From positions 1-64,000 of the IMG/VR virus record IMGVR_UViG_3300033067_001743: a stretch of DNA of 64,000 bases; one strand, 5' to 3'. The translations under genes were made by a program, and so were the position numbers. Origin of the DNA: a virus (lineage: Duplodnaviria > Caudoviricetes). The first letter of the stretch is position 1. Each line of letters starts with the position of its first letter. Shown one piece after another: positions 28,944 through 39,350 of this stretch. The notes beneath the pieces were generated by a model. The model worked only from the letters and a program-made list of their open reading frames with translations. It had not been told where the DNA came from and did not search any database.

Positions 28944-29879
28944 TTACTTAATAAAGTTCTCATGTGATTTTATTGATTCTGGGTGTTCAATGTCAATGAA
29001 TTGCGCCCATCTTGCTTCATCAGAACGTGTTGGTCTAATAACAATTAAAGGAGGCATTTCTACTGACATTGTCGAACTATTGTGTGATTCTTTAAAATTC
29101 AGATAGTGCAAAGACCATCTTTTAATTTCTTGTAACCCAATTTCAAAATCTTTCCAATACTGTGGATCTTTCCTCCATATCAACTCATATCTAAGTTCTT
29201 TCCATTTACCATAAACGAACCAAGGATAGTGGTATGTTATAAAATCATTACATCGGTTTAACCTTGAGTAGTTTTGACTCATAAACCCATCCATTGCTGA
29301 TTTATAGTTTTCCATGTTGTCAAAACAGTAGCAGAATCGCCTATACTTGGGCTGTAAGACATTAATAGCCTCCGTGTAGTACTGAGTGCCTAAGAAGTCT
29401 ACCCATTTCGTCTGGATGCCTTCTCCGGGCTTTAACTGGCTAACAGCATTTGTTATCTTTTCTGCATCAGACTCCAAATGAAAGGCATCAGGTTCAAGTG
29501 GAAAAATCAAATCTCCTACTTCTGGTTTATACTTGTGAAAGATTGAAATAGCAGTTAAAAAACATTTGTTCGCATCCCAATCAGGTTTATAATTCAAGTC
29601 AACTAAATGCCCTGTACAATCGTTTGTAACACATTGGTCCATAAAGAACGCAATAGTATTTACCCAATCAAATCCAACTATACCACTTGTATCTGGTCCT
29701 GAATAACACCACTTATCTCTAAAGGCTTTATCAATGTGACCTTTGTTTTCTGGCCCTTGTGGGAAAATACCTTCATGGATGATGATTACATCAGGCTTAA
29801 TTGATTGAATCACATTTGGTATCCAACACTGTAGCAAGTGGCTTGATGCAAATGTTGGTGCAATAACTATTCTTCTCAT
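28944..29879 (-). CDS. putative GT-A glycosyltransferase
   Basis: IVIAPTF start, LEPDAF (ExD-type), YHYPW; cluster context. Confidence 0.55.
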   Translation of the reverse strand: MRRIVIAPTFASSHLLQCWIPNVIQSIKPDVIIIHEGIFPQGPENKGHIDKAFRDKWCYSGPDTSGIVGFDWVNTIAFFMDQCVTNDCTGHLVDLNYKPDWDANKCFLTAISIFHKYKPEVGDLIFPLEPDAFHLESDAEKITNAVSQLKPGEGIQTKWVDFLGTQYYTEAINVLQPKYRRFCYCFDNMENYKSAMDGFMSQNYSRLNRCNDFITYHYPWFVYGKWKELRYELIWRKDPQYWKDFEIGLQEIKRWSLHYLNFKESHNSSTMSVEMPPLIVIRPTRSDEARWAQFIDIEHPESIKSHENFIK

Positions 29880-30200
29880 TTATTTTGAAGTAAATTCGTA
29901 TCTATCGTAGCCACTTTCATAAGCATTACTTTCCTTAATCCACTTACAAGACCACCCTGCTTTAATATAGTGTGGTTCAAAATTTAGATAATTATTTAAA
30001 AGTTCTGGTGGGTTTTCCAATTTGTTCCAACCCACTTTAATATCTTCTACAGTTATATCTACTGATTTTCCTGTTGTGTATTTCTCTTTTAAGATTTCAT
30101 TCACAACAAATATCATTTCCTTTGGTATGTTGCTATTTTCTGGAAGTGATGTCGCAGCATCTTGTGGTGTTATTGGTTTTATATTATTATCCATATGCAT
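29880..30200 (-). CDS. hypothetical protein
   Basis: 106 aa; loosely similar to 27632-27907. Confidence 0.55.
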   Translation of the reverse strand: MHMDNNIKPITPQDAATSLPENSNIPKEMIFVVNEILKEKYTTGKSVDITVEDIKVGWNKLENPPELLNNYLNFEPHYIKAGWSCKWIKESNAYESGYDRYEFTSK

Positions 30201-31194
30201 AAAATGTTTTACTTTGCGTTTTACGAAATATTAAAAATCTTGGTCCTTCATCTGTTTCAAATTCCCACAATCCATCTTTAAACCCTTTGTATTTTCCGAT
30301 CAAGAATTCTTCATCCATAATATCTTCATACCAAATATTATGGTTTATATACTTGGTAGGACTTGCCATAACATTCTTTCCATATGGAATTCTAATGTTT
30401 ACGGCATATTCGGTTTTTCCATCCATTTCAAATATATCAAAATGTGGATTTTTAAAGTCTACATTAAATATAGGAGCAAATTCAGATGCTGGCTCTTTAT
30501 GGATGTTTATTTCTTTGATAATTGATATGACCAAATCAATAGTTATATGAGTCATATCTTTCAATATCATTATCAAGTCATCTTCAAATTCTGGATATAT
30601 TAAAATATCATCTATAATCTCTCTTACAATTGATATATCCAAATTCCCATAATTTTTAATATATCTCAACCGACTTGGCCGGTTCAACATATTGTTGTTG
30701 ATATATGACTCATTTGTAGTCAATATGAAAGTTCTCCTATATCGTGAGGCATCAATGCCATCCATTACTCCAAGTAACTTACCAGAATCTCCAAATATTT
30801 TCTCATACTCATCCAACATAACAACAACATCTTGTGGAATTGCTGTTAAAAATGAAACTAAGTTATCATAATCAGCATCAACCATAATTACAGGCATCTG
30901 TAGTTGATTACAGAGTAGTTTTGCAGATACTGATTTTCCAGTACCTTTAATTCCATTAAGTAATACCCCAAGGTTGCTTGTTGTATTATGGTATGTTTTT
31001 AACACTCTATTTATAAAAACAGAATCTTTCCCATAAACTTTATGGGCAAATGTAAACTCATTTGATCGTAATTCTAAACTCAGATTACCAAAAGCATCTG
31101 AATTTATGGAATAAACCCCAATTGGTAATTGGGGAACTTGTGCCGTTATATCGGCAAGGAAAAAATAATTACCTGCTTGTTGCCAGTTTTTCAT
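30187..31194 (-). CDS. AAA+ ATPase
   Basis: GIKGTGKS, VMLDEYEK, LTTN, NRPSRLRY. Confidence 0.9.
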   Translation of the reverse strand: MKNWQQAGNYFFLADITAQVPQLPIGVYSINSDAFGNLSLELRSNEFTFAHKVYGKDSVFINRVLKTYHNTTSNLGVLLNGIKGTGKSVSAKLLCNQLQMPVIMVDADYDNLVSFLTAIPQDVVVMLDEYEKIFGDSGKLLGVMDGIDASRYRRTFILTTNESYINNNMLNRPSRLRYIKNYGNLDISIVREIIDDILIYPEFEDDLIMILKDMTHITIDLVISIIKEINIHKEPASEFAPIFNVDFKNPHFDIFEMDGKTEYAVNIRIPYGKNVMASPTKYINHNIWYEDIMDEEFLIGKYKGFKDGLWEFETDEGPRFLIFRKTQSKTFYAYG

Positions 31195-31199
31195 TAAGT

Positions 31200-31946
31200 T
31201 TATTTTACGAGCAGTACTCCTATTCCTGCCCAGTTTAAGTGGGAATTAAATTCTATTGCTTCAAATCTTGGATCATCTTTCAATTCGTACCAAAGTTTAG
31301 CAACATATACATTTCTGCTTCGATGTAGTTCTGTATCGTTTATATCATGGAAGGCTATCAACCCTCCTTTCTTTACTAAAGGAGAATACATTTGAAAATC
31401 TTGCTTTACACCTTCATAGGTGTGATCTCCATCAATGAAGAGAAAGTCTATCCAAGGATTTACTGTATAATGGTAATTGATTAAAGCAGGTTGACTATAT
31501 TTAAAATCTACTAACTTACGATATGTCTCTCTATCGTGACTATTCCCTCTTATGAAATGACAATTACTGAACCTTTCTTTAAACCAAAGGTCTCGTTTGT
31601 CCATTTCTTCATCAGAAATTCCACCATGTATGCCACCATCTGACATATCAATTGAAATATTATTACCTTGAGTAGATTTAGAATTTACAGCATTTATACT
31701 GTTCCAAATGTAAAAGGTTCCACCAAACTTGGTGCCTACCTCAAGTACATTATAAGGTTCATGCAATGAAGTCTTATATTTACTTTGTACATATTTAGCC
31801 AATTCTGTTATCTCATACCGATCTTGAGGCATGTATAGTTCGTATGCTTCATCAATTACCTTTTCTAATACACTATAAGTCATTACTTTTTCCCGAACTT
31901 CTATTGGTGTTTCTGCTAATATTTGTCTTGCAGTTTCTGATCTCAT
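31200..31946 (-). CDS. Methyltransf_24-type SAM methyltransferase
   Basis: LEVGTKFGGT, FLFIDGDHTYEGVKQD, GGLIAFHD. Confidence 0.88.
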   Translation of the reverse strand: MRSETARQILAETPIEVREKVMTYSVLEKVIDEAYELYMPQDRYEITELAKYVQSKYKTSLHEPYNVLEVGTKFGGTFYIWNSINAVNSKSTQGNNISIDMSDGGIHGGISDEEMDKRDLWFKERFSNCHFIRGNSHDRETYRKLVDFKYSQPALINYHYTVNPWIDFLFIDGDHTYEGVKQDFQMYSPLVKKGGLIAFHDINDTELHRSRNVYVAKLWYELKDDPRFEAIEFNSHLNWAGIGVLLVK

Positions 31947-32353
31947 AATTGTTTATTTACCTCTATTAACCAACTCGTTGCAAGTGGTTCTGGGTTATCT
32001 CCGAATAAATATTTGAATATCATTTCACGAGACTCTTCATAACCTCCAAGACTTCTCTTAGGTTGTTCTAAGCAATCACAGAAATGTTCTAATTCTGTCC
32101 AATCAATGCCTGACATTACTTTATTAATGTCCAATCCACATTCTCCTCGAACCTTGTTTAAAATAGTTTTTGGACTTCACCCATTATTCCAACATTGATC
32201 AGCAATGTGAAGTAAACTGACTTCTATGCCTCTGTTGTTAAATTCTTCAATAGTAAGAGAAAGTGGGAACCCGTCTTGATAAAAGAGGGTTGCTGCACCT
32301 CTAACAAGTACATATCGTTCTCCTATTTTAGCAATGACAAAATTCCCACTCAT
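31943..32353 (-). pseudogene. 136-codon gene interrupted by a single in-frame TGA (32177-32179)
   Basis: ATG at 32353 reads MSGNF...YQDGFPLSLT...WNNG*SPKTIL...GLDINKV, in frame with ORF 31943-32134. Confidence 0.65.
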
Positions 32354-32359
32354 CCAACT

Positions 32360-33109
32360 TTAATTAAAATATGGTGCTGATAATTCCCATTTATATGTGT
32401 GGGAGTCTGTTTCTGTTACATTCGGAACTGCAAACAAATCTGCATTTTGGAATTCATCTGAGCCTATCATCCCCATTTGGATACCTTTGTATTTAAGGTT
32501 ATTCCAAGGGAAGTTTGGAGTGTTTACTTCAAAGTAATCAGCAACAAATTCCTCATCACCAAGTGTGACAATATGGTTTCTGTTTACATTTCGTGCTGGA
32601 TGTTCATTTCCGTGTACATCCATCAATGGAACATACAATTGGCCGGGCCGCAAGGTTTGCTCAAATTCAATCAAAAGAGGTTGACCATTAAGGTCTTTTC
32701 CTTCTGGAATGATAACGAACAACCAATTATAACCCACATAATTTTCAATCATTCTTGGCATCCATTTCTGGATAGGTTGTTCCAATTCTTGTAAAGTAGA
32801 AATAACTTTTGTTGGTTCTACCATTTTCATTTTGTAGACCCCAACTTGGGTAAAATCATCACCAGCACTCCTCATACCTTTTGTTTCATTGGAGAATACC
32901 ATTGCTGAGATATTGTCCAAGAAATCTTTGTATGGAGTTGTATCATGGAACACTACTGGCTCTGTAGTTGGAATTGGAAGCATCATTACTGATCCACCCG
33001 GACCTGTAGTAACTCCATTCGAATACGCCAAAAGTTGGCGAGTTTCTGTCAACTTTGCTGACAGGATTTTTGTTGCTCTAACAATGGTATCGGCTGAAAA
33101 GACGCACAT
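32360..33109 (-). CDS. hypothetical protein
   Basis: 249-aa ORF with RQLLAYSN...MMLPIP. Confidence 0.65.
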   Translation of the reverse strand: MCVFSADTIVRATKILSAKLTETRQLLAYSNGVTTGPGGSVMMLPIPTTEPVVFHDTTPYKDFLDNISAMVFSNETKGMRSAGDDFTQVGVYKMKMVEPTKVISTLQELEQPIQKWMPRMIENYVGYNWLFVIIPEGKDLNGQPLLIEFEQTLRPGQLYVPLMDVHGNEHPARNVNRNHIVTLGDEEFVADYFEVNTPNFPWNNLKYKGIQMGMIGSDEFQNADLFAVPNVTETDSHTYKWELSAPYFN

Positions 33110-33187
33110 AGTTTTTACAATATTTTGGTGAGTGTTTTTAATATCGGCACAAAGGTAAAGGTATGTTTTGAGACTACCAAATATTTT

Positions 33188-34189
33188 TTACTTTTTTTTC
33201 CACATTTCGTATAAACCTTCCTCAACTTCGAACCTTTCAACAGACTTAACTTTTCTATCTGGTTGATTCTCAGCCCATTTCCACATTCTCCATAACCCAT
33301 CTTGAAGTTTAGTTTTACATTCAAGACCTAAAATTTCCCTTGCCTTATCATGGTTTGAGTATGCATATCTTACTTCATGTATTCCCGGAAGGATTTCTAA
33401 ATCAAGTACATTTGTACAAACCGTCTTACAAATATTTGCGGCTTCAAGTATTGTCATTTCTTCATCATTCCCTATGTTGAATGTTTCCCATAGTGTATCA
33501 TCACTTGTTCCGCACAACCAAAGAGGCTCAAGAATATCATCTACATATGTAAAGGCTCTCTGTTGAAGTCCATCTCCGTATATTGACAAAGGTTCTCCAT
33601 TGAGTGTTTTTCTCATCCAAATCCCAAGTACGTTTCGATATTGGTCCCAAATGTTTTGGTATTTTCCATAAACGGAATGTGGTCTTACTATTGTCCATCT
33701 TAAACCATGTGTTTCCCTTGCTGCTGCTAAGTCCATCTCTACAGCATACTTTCCTATTCCATATGGGTCAACTGGTGCTGGGGTTTGATGTTCCTCAAAT
33801 GGAGGTTGGTTTCTTCCGTATACTGCCATTGAAGAGAAATATACTAATCGCTGAACCTTATATTTTATGCAAAGGTTCACTATATTAGCAGAATTTACAA
33901 TATTGTTAGTGTAATAAAACATCCTTCTATAGGTTGCACATGCTTCTGCTGCAATCGCTGCTGCATGATAAACTATTTCTACATCATATTTCTCAAATAG
34001 ATACTCAAGGTCTGTTCCACAATCCTGAAAATACATCTCTACACAATCGGGAACAAAATCATAATATCCACCGGATAAGTCATCTACACCAATTAAAACA
34101 TATTCTGGGTGATTTTTACATATCCATTCTGCTAAGTTTGCACCCAAACACCCAGCAACTCCTGTTATCATTATTGCTTTTTTCTTCAT
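33188..34189 (-). CDS. NAD-dependent NDP-sugar epimerase/dehydratase
   Basis: TGVAGCLG, DDLSGG, SSMAVYG, YGIGK, RAFTYVDD. Confidence 0.92.
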   Translation of the reverse strand: MKKKAIMITGVAGCLGANLAEWICKNHPEYVLIGVDDLSGGYYDFVPDCVEMYFQDCGTDLEYLFEKYDVEIVYHAAAIAAEACATYRRMFYYTNNIVNSANIVNLCIKYKVQRLVYFSSMAVYGRNQPPFEEHQTPAPVDPYGIGKYAVEMDLAAARETHGLRWTIVRPHSVYGKYQNIWDQYRNVLGIWMRKTLNGEPLSIYGDGLQQRAFTYVDDILEPLWLCGTSDDTLWETFNIGNDEEMTILEAANICKTVCTNVLDLEILPGIHEVRYAYSNHDKAREILGLECKTKLQDGLWRMWKWAENQPDRKVKSVERFEVEEGLYEMWKKK

Positions 34190-34190
34190 T

Positions 34191-34808
34191 TTACTTTCGC
34201 TTTATTACCATTAATCCGGGTGAACTTTTTACATGTTCTACAATTTCAAAATCACCTTCTCTCAGTAACTCTAATATTGGAGGCATTAATTGTTTTCTGA
34301 ATAAAGTCGTATCATGGAATATTATGTATTTAGATACTAAACTTTTATGTTTGTTTAATTGTAATTTTAAATGTCCCATTGTATGTTTGGAGTCAATAAA
34401 TAGTAGGTCTGTTGGTTCAATATCTATTTTAGAATCATCACCTTCTATTGCTACAAAATCAATTCCCTCATTCATAGCCAATTTCAATGCCCAAAGCAAC
34501 CATAAATTTTTCCTATTAAATTCTGGGATACTCTTACTTGCTCTCTTATGTAAATCAATGTCAATTGATACCAATTTCTTTGGTTTTGCTGCTAAAAATG
34601 CATATGTTGAATTTACTTGATTTATGCCAAACTCTGTAATGTGCTCACATTCCTCTGAATACTTTCTTAAAATCTCCATGTAAGGTGCAATCCACATTAT
34701 TGAATCTCTACCTTTCTGATCTTCTGGATTTGATGCTATAAAACTATAATTTTCCTCTATAGTAGGAAATAATCCATATTTTTCTCTAAACCTTTCATTG
34801 TCTATCAC
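34191..34808 (-). CDS. class I SAM methyltransferase-like
   Basis: ITEFG...STYAFL, DLLFIDSKH, IIFHDT. Confidence 0.75.
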   Translation of the reverse strand: MIDNERFREKYGLFPTIEENYSFIASNPEDQKGRDSIMWIAPYMEILRKYSEECEHITEFGINQVNSTYAFLAAKPKKLVSIDIDLHKRASKSIPEFNRKNLWLLWALKLAMNEGIDFVAIEGDDSKIDIEPTDLLFIDSKHTMGHLKLQLNKHKSLVSKYIIFHDTTLFRKQLMPPILELLREGDFEIVEHVKSSPGLMVIKRK

Positions 34809-35245
34809 TTAATTCCCTCCGTTCTTATTAACCTGTGAAATAACTCATCAATAGCATTTTTATTCCTTGCTCTTCCTTCGTTTGACTTTCTTGTAAGTTT
34901 TTCATTAACCAAGATAACATCAAAATTTGGGTTTTCACTTGTTATTTCTTTTAGACGTTTACGATCTCCTTCTCCTATTAGAATATTCGACTTTATCAAT
35001 TCCTCTATGTTTTCTACAATAGCCTCTTCATCAAAGGTTCTCCTTTCACTGAGATAATCGTAATTGCCTTCTGAAACACATTCAAGTATTAATTCTGATA
35101 ATCTACTCTTTATTTCTGTTATTATCTTAACTTGCTGTTGAGTTTCTTCTATCTTTCCATCTTTGTTGAAAAAGAAATGTTTTATGTTTTCAACAATTAA
35201 CCTATCTATTAATGCTGATAAAGCATCTATATTTGTAAGTCTCAA
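34805..35245 (-). CDS. DUF4254-like helical protein
   Basis: SALIDRLIVENIK...NEGRARNKNAID. Confidence 0.45.
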   Translation of the reverse strand: MRLTNIDALSALIDRLIVENIKHFFFNKDGKIEETQQQVKIITEIKSRLSELILECVSEGNYDYLSERRTFDEEAIVENIEELIKSNILIGEGDRKRLKEITSENPNFDVILVNEKLTRKSNEGRARNKNAIDELFHRLIRTEGIK

Positions 35246-35745
35246 TATTCATTCTCCATAGTTTTAAGTTCTATATGTTTACTAAATAGTAATAACCACT
35301 CTGAACTGAAATTAGAATCATTATTAAACCTTTCATTAAATTCAATTTCTGTAAGTAGTCTGTATATTGGTCCACATTGACCTCTTGGGTCCATTTCTGT
35401 AAGTTCTTCAAACCAATTTAATTTATCTCTATTTTCAAACCTCCAAACACTATCGTCCATTAAGTTTTTATATAGATCATAAAATATATTAGTTTCAGTC
35501 TTTATTTTAAGTTTTTCATACATTTCTGGATTAACTACTATATTATTAGTTACTCCTTCATCTTTATCCAAATACTCATGTGCCAACTGATTAACTGCAA
35601 TAAAGTCTGTATCAATGTCAGAATAATGTATGTGTTCAAATGCCTCCATTAACTCGTTTTTATCTTCTTCTGTTGGTACAATTATTACATACTTAGTAAA
35701 AGGTACTGTTTTCCAGTCTGTTATATTTTCTTCGTATTTTTTCAT
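35242..35745 (-). CDS. hypothetical protein
   Basis: 167-aa ORF. Confidence 0.6.
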   Translation of the reverse strand: MKKYEENITDWKTVPFTKYVIIVPTEEDKNELMEAFEHIHYSDIDTDFIAVNQLAHEYLDKDEGVTNNIVVNPEMYEKLKIKTETNIFYDLYKNLMDDSVWRFENRDKLNWFEELTEMDPRGQCGPIYRLLTEIEFNERFNNDSNFSSEWLLLFSKHIELKTMENEY

Positions 35746-36101
35746 GTTGTAATGTATTTTGCTTCACTTAATCCCATTTCAGCCATTTGAAGTTGTTCTT
35801 TCAATATCTTTATTCGAGACTCAGTTCTTTTTATGTAATTAGTCATTGCCTCTTCTTTGGTTAAATAAGCGAATTTCTTCTTAGAGTCTTTTAGGACAAA
35901 TTTGTATTTTTTTCCATATAGTCCTACCCAATAACCTTTTGGTGTCTCTTTTACAAGATCATACTCTTTTAATTTAAGTTTAATTGACGGAAATGCTGGT
36001 TTTACGTAATCTCCATCAAGGTCTTTTGCGTAAGCCACATTTTCGGCTTCATAACGATAAAATATCATCTGCTTAGTTTTGAAATTTTTAAATTGTAACA
36101 A
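35742..36101 (-). CDS. hypothetical phage protein (start probably ~36068)
   Basis: KETPKGYWV...KKFAY.TKEEA. Confidence 0.55.
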   Translation of the reverse strand: MLQFKNFKTKQMIFYRYEAENVAYAKDLDGDYVKPAFPSIKLKLKEYDLVKETPKGYWVGLYGKKYKFVLKDSKKKFAYLTKEEAMTNYIKRTESRIKILKEQLQMAEMGLSEAKYITT

Positions 36102-36544
36102 TCAACTGATACTTTCCAATTATTACTTGGATCAATATCTCCTTTTTTATATAAGGTTGCTATTTTAATGAAATCTTCTTTTTCTATTCCGCCTAAAAAC
36201 TCCATAACCTTTTGCTTTGAGTTATAGGAATAAAACATGTACCAATCAGCATTGTATTCTATTTGTCGGGCTTCTACTGAAACATCATAATAATCTTCAC
36301 AAAATACTGACCGCTCTTTGCATTTAACATCTACCCTCTTACCATTCATTATGAAATCAGCATTCCTGTCTGTATTTGATATTCTAATGGCATTTGGGTA
36401 TGTTCTACTAAATACTATTTCAGCAAGATTTGATACTATCATTTTAGTATCATCATTTCTTATGCTGAATTTATTTCCTTTAAAGTCTGACCAATTTTTA
36501 GCCAATTCTAAAGTTTCATCATCAATAATTTCCCGGCTTGTCAT
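36065..36544 (-). CDS. PD-(D/E)xK-type endonuclease-like
   Basis: LAEIVF...ADF...RVDVK. Confidence 0.55.
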   Translation of the reverse strand: MTSREIIDDETLELAKNWSDFKGNKFSIRNDDTKMIVSNLAEIVFSRTYPNAIRISNTDRNADFIMNGKRVDVKCKERSVFCEDYYDVSVEARQIEYNADWYMFYSYNSKQKVMEFLGGIEKEDFIKIATLYKKGDIDPSNNWKVSVDCYNLKISKLSR

Positions 36545-36821
36545 TATAATCTTGATATTGTTTTATGTGTAAATCTAATTTCTGAACCATTTCTTTTAGG
36601 TGAAGTCCTATTAAATATGGGTCTCCATGCCTAATTACTGAAATGGTTAGTTTTGATCTTAATTTAAACCATTGTGGTGGATGTGATCTTTTTGGGTAAT
36701 ATCCATATTCTCTTGGAACTGCTGACTCATATGCATCAATAATACAATCAAAGTTAATTTCCATAACTGATTGGTTTGATCCAACCTCGAATTCTGGTAC
36801 TTGTTCTATTAAATTTTCCAT
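36522..36821 (-). CDS. hypothetical protein
   Basis: 99-aa ORF. Confidence 0.5.
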   Translation of the reverse strand: MENLIEQVPEFEVGSNQSVMEINFDCIIDAYESAVPREYGYYPKRSHPPQWFKLRSKLTISVIRHGDPYLIGLHLKEMVQKLDLHIKQYQDYNDKPGNY

Positions 36822-36824
36822 TGT

Positions 36825-37913
36825 TTATTCTGTTTCAAAACCTTCTAATTTAGTTAACCATTCATATGTGTGCATTACCAGTTTTTCTGGGTTATACAAT
36901 CTACTATATGCTTCTTTCATATCTTCACCTTGCCAAGGTTTATATTTGCCCCAATTATCTAAAACATCTACTACTTTATCAACTAATGTTTTAAACTCCC
37001 AATCACATTTTAAATATGAACCTGTTCTACTTTTGTATGGATTTGGTGTGCTTTCAATGTGATACATACTTGGCTTAATCAATACTGCACCAAATTGTGC
37101 TGCTTCTATATCTCGTGGAGCCATTTCACCATAACCAAAGGGAGCAATGACAATTTTAGCCCTACTCATCAAATTATAGTAATATTCAATTGGAACCTTT
37201 TTTCCATCTTCCAATTTCGCTACTGTTATGTTTTTTGGGAGTTTATCTAATTCTTCGATACACTTCTTTCGATGAAGGTCATAATCAAGGTTTGTTAAAC
37301 AACCAAATTCCCAGTTTACTTTAGCCGGATATGAAAACATTGCAAATACATCAATATCCTTATGTAATTTTGATGTATCATACCATACCGGATTAATAGT
37401 TGATAACCAATTACAACCAGATAATTGAACCTTTTTTAGTGTGTCTATTTCATCTTCTCTAATTGCATAGCCAAAACTCTCTGTATTTTTTTGATTTAGG
37501 TTTAATAGTGGTTCTCCAAGTCCCCAATAACTCCTTCCCATCTTCCAAGGCTTTAGGTAATCGTTCCTGTCAGCATATAAACTGTTCTTGAAAAGTAATT
37601 TTGCTTTACTATTCTTGAATACATCAAAACTTCCTATAAGACTTGCACTATCCTGTCCGTCAAATAACACATAATCACCTTCTATTTCAGTTTCTAAATA
37701 ATGAAGACCTCTTGATATAACATTACCATATGTGTATGTTTCAAAGTTCTTTTTATCATTGAAACTTGCTTGGGCTACCCATGTTAAATCACACTTTCCC
37801 TCAGTTACAAATTGTACTCCAATATCTTCAAATAAATTCTTAGCCATTAAATATGGCCGAAATGTTGTTTCATTGCGATGTTTAAACAGTTCTGCTAACT
37901 TTACTTTTATCAT
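36825..37913 (-). CDS. GT-B glycosyltransferase (CgeB/exostosin-like C-terminus)
   Basis: YYNLMSRAKIVIAPFGYGEMAPRDIEAAQFGAVLIKP. Confidence 0.7.
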   Translation of the reverse strand: MIKVKLAELFKHRNETTFRPYLMAKNLFEDIGVQFVTEGKCDLTWVAQASFNDKKNFETYTYGNVISRGLHYLETEIEGDYVLFDGQDSASLIGSFDVFKNSKAKLLFKNSLYADRNDYLKPWKMGRSYWGLGEPLLNLNQKNTESFGYAIREDEIDTLKKVQLSGCNWLSTINPVWYDTSKLHKDIDVFAMFSYPAKVNWEFGCLTNLDYDLHRKKCIEELDKLPKNITVAKLEDGKKVPIEYYYNLMSRAKIVIAPFGYGEMAPRDIEAAQFGAVLIKPSMYHIESTPNPYKSRTGSYLKCDWEFKTLVDKVVDVLDNWGKYKPWQGEDMKEAYSRLYNPEKLVMHTYEWLTKLEGFETE

Positions 37914-38641
37914 GGTTTAATTTTATCGTACATCTCATTTTGTCTAACTTGTCGATCAATATTTTTAATGTGGAACAAAGCATATCCAAAGTGATCTACA
38001 CCATCTTCATCTTTTGAAAATAGAGGTGCTATTATTGGAGACTTGTGTTCTTTTGTTAGAACCTCATGTACTTTATTTTTCCAATATATTTCGCCATTAT
38101 TCTTAAATAATCTTACTTGATAATCTGGGTAATTAATAATCTCAAGATTTCTACTTTCAACCCCTGCTAATTCCAATACATTATTTGTAGATGAATCATT
38201 TTTATGAATTCTTTTCTTTTTTACATACCAACCCCATTTAGTTATCCACTCTTGAGTTAAACCTTTGACAATATTAACTCTAGGTATTGCCCATGCTTCT
38301 ATATCTGGATTTAAGTATGAATCTGTTAAAACATTTAATGTATCAAATAAAAACTCCGAAACTAACTCATCAGCATCAATTTGAAATACCCAAGGATTTT
38401 TTGCATATTTCAACATATTATTTTTGAAACTTGCAAAGTCTCCATTTAATGGATATTCAATGTAAGTAAAATAGTCTCTCTTCATTAAAGGACTTATTAC
38501 AGACACTACCTGTGTTGTAACATTGCCCTGATCTCCCTGAACTATAATTTCATCACCATCCTTCAAATACTTTGATATTTGTCCCAATAGTAATTTCAAT
38601 TCAATATGCTCATTACAAACTGGTATGCAATAACTAATCAT
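37910..38641 (-). CDS. GT2 glycosyltransferase
   Basis: ISYCIPVCNE, FASFKN, QIDADE, PDYQVRLF...VHE. Confidence 0.9.
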   Translation of the reverse strand: MISYCIPVCNEHIELKLLLGQISKYLKDGDEIIVQGDQGNVTTQVVSVISPLMKRDYFTYIEYPLNGDFASFKNNMLKYAKNPWVFQIDADELVSEFLFDTLNVLTDSYLNPDIEAWAIPRVNIVKGLTQEWITKWGWYVKKKRIHKNDSSTNNVLELAGVESRNLEIINYPDYQVRLFKNNGEIYWKNKVHEVLTKEHKSPIIAPLFSKDEDGVDHFGYALFHIKNIDRQVRQNEMYDKIKP

Positions 38642-38865
38642 GTTGTTTGTTTTGGTTCTATGTAATAAAATAAATTATCTAACGCATTCCCGGTTTCACC
38701 ATCAAATTCAAATTTCCCACACACTATAACTTTATATGGTTTGCCTGTATCAGGGTTGTATTTTGTTTTTATATCGGTTATTTTTATATCTGATAAAGTG
38801 CAAAATGATGAATCTCCATCATGGTAAACCATGTCCCCAATATTTAATTCATTTAAAGTTTTCAT
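38638..38865 (-). CDS. hypothetical protein
   Basis: 75-aa ORF. Confidence 0.5.
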   Translation of the reverse strand: MKTLNELNIGDMVYHDGDSSFCTLSDIKITDIKTKYNPDTGKPYKVIVCGKFEFDGETGNALDNLFYYIEPKQTT

Positions 38866-39350
38866 TACTCTTCATTTGATTGTGAAACTCTGCTGTAAAA
38901 ATCTAATGTCGCGTCTTCGAATTGAAATTCACCATAAATGTTTGTTGTACTTTCATCCAGAACCTTGAATTGTTTTCCAATTTGAACAGAAACTACATGA
39001 GGTTCAGGTAATACGCCTTCCTCAAGTAACTTAAATGATGATACTTTCCAAATTAATTCTGGTCCATCTACTGTTGAAGTTATATCCGGGTTAAGAACTA
39101 CATCAGGAGTCATCATTATTATTTTAACCCAAACATTCCCATTTTCATCTACAAATTTAGTCCTTTGAATTAGTTCAGGAGAAACAGATAAAAACTTTTC
39201 CACAATTTCTGATCCTTCTTTCCATGAATCGAAGGTTTGGTATCCAGACTCCATGCAAAGACGCATGTTCTGGTTTTTTGTACTATCCAATTCTACCATA
39301 ACACACATATTGCCTGTTATTGGTGATATTTCATCATAATTTAGTCTCAT
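38865..39350 (-). CDS. hypothetical protein
   Basis: 161 aa, SPITG..C...LCMESGY. Confidence 0.6.
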   Translation of the reverse strand: MRLNYDEISPITGNMCVMVELDSTKNQNMRLCMESGYQTFDSWKEGSEIVEKFLSVSPELIQRTKFVDENGNVWVKIIMMTPDVVLNPDITSTVDGPELIWKVSSFKLLEEGVLPEPHVVSVQIGKQFKVLDESTTNIYGEFQFEDATLDFYSRVSQSNEE

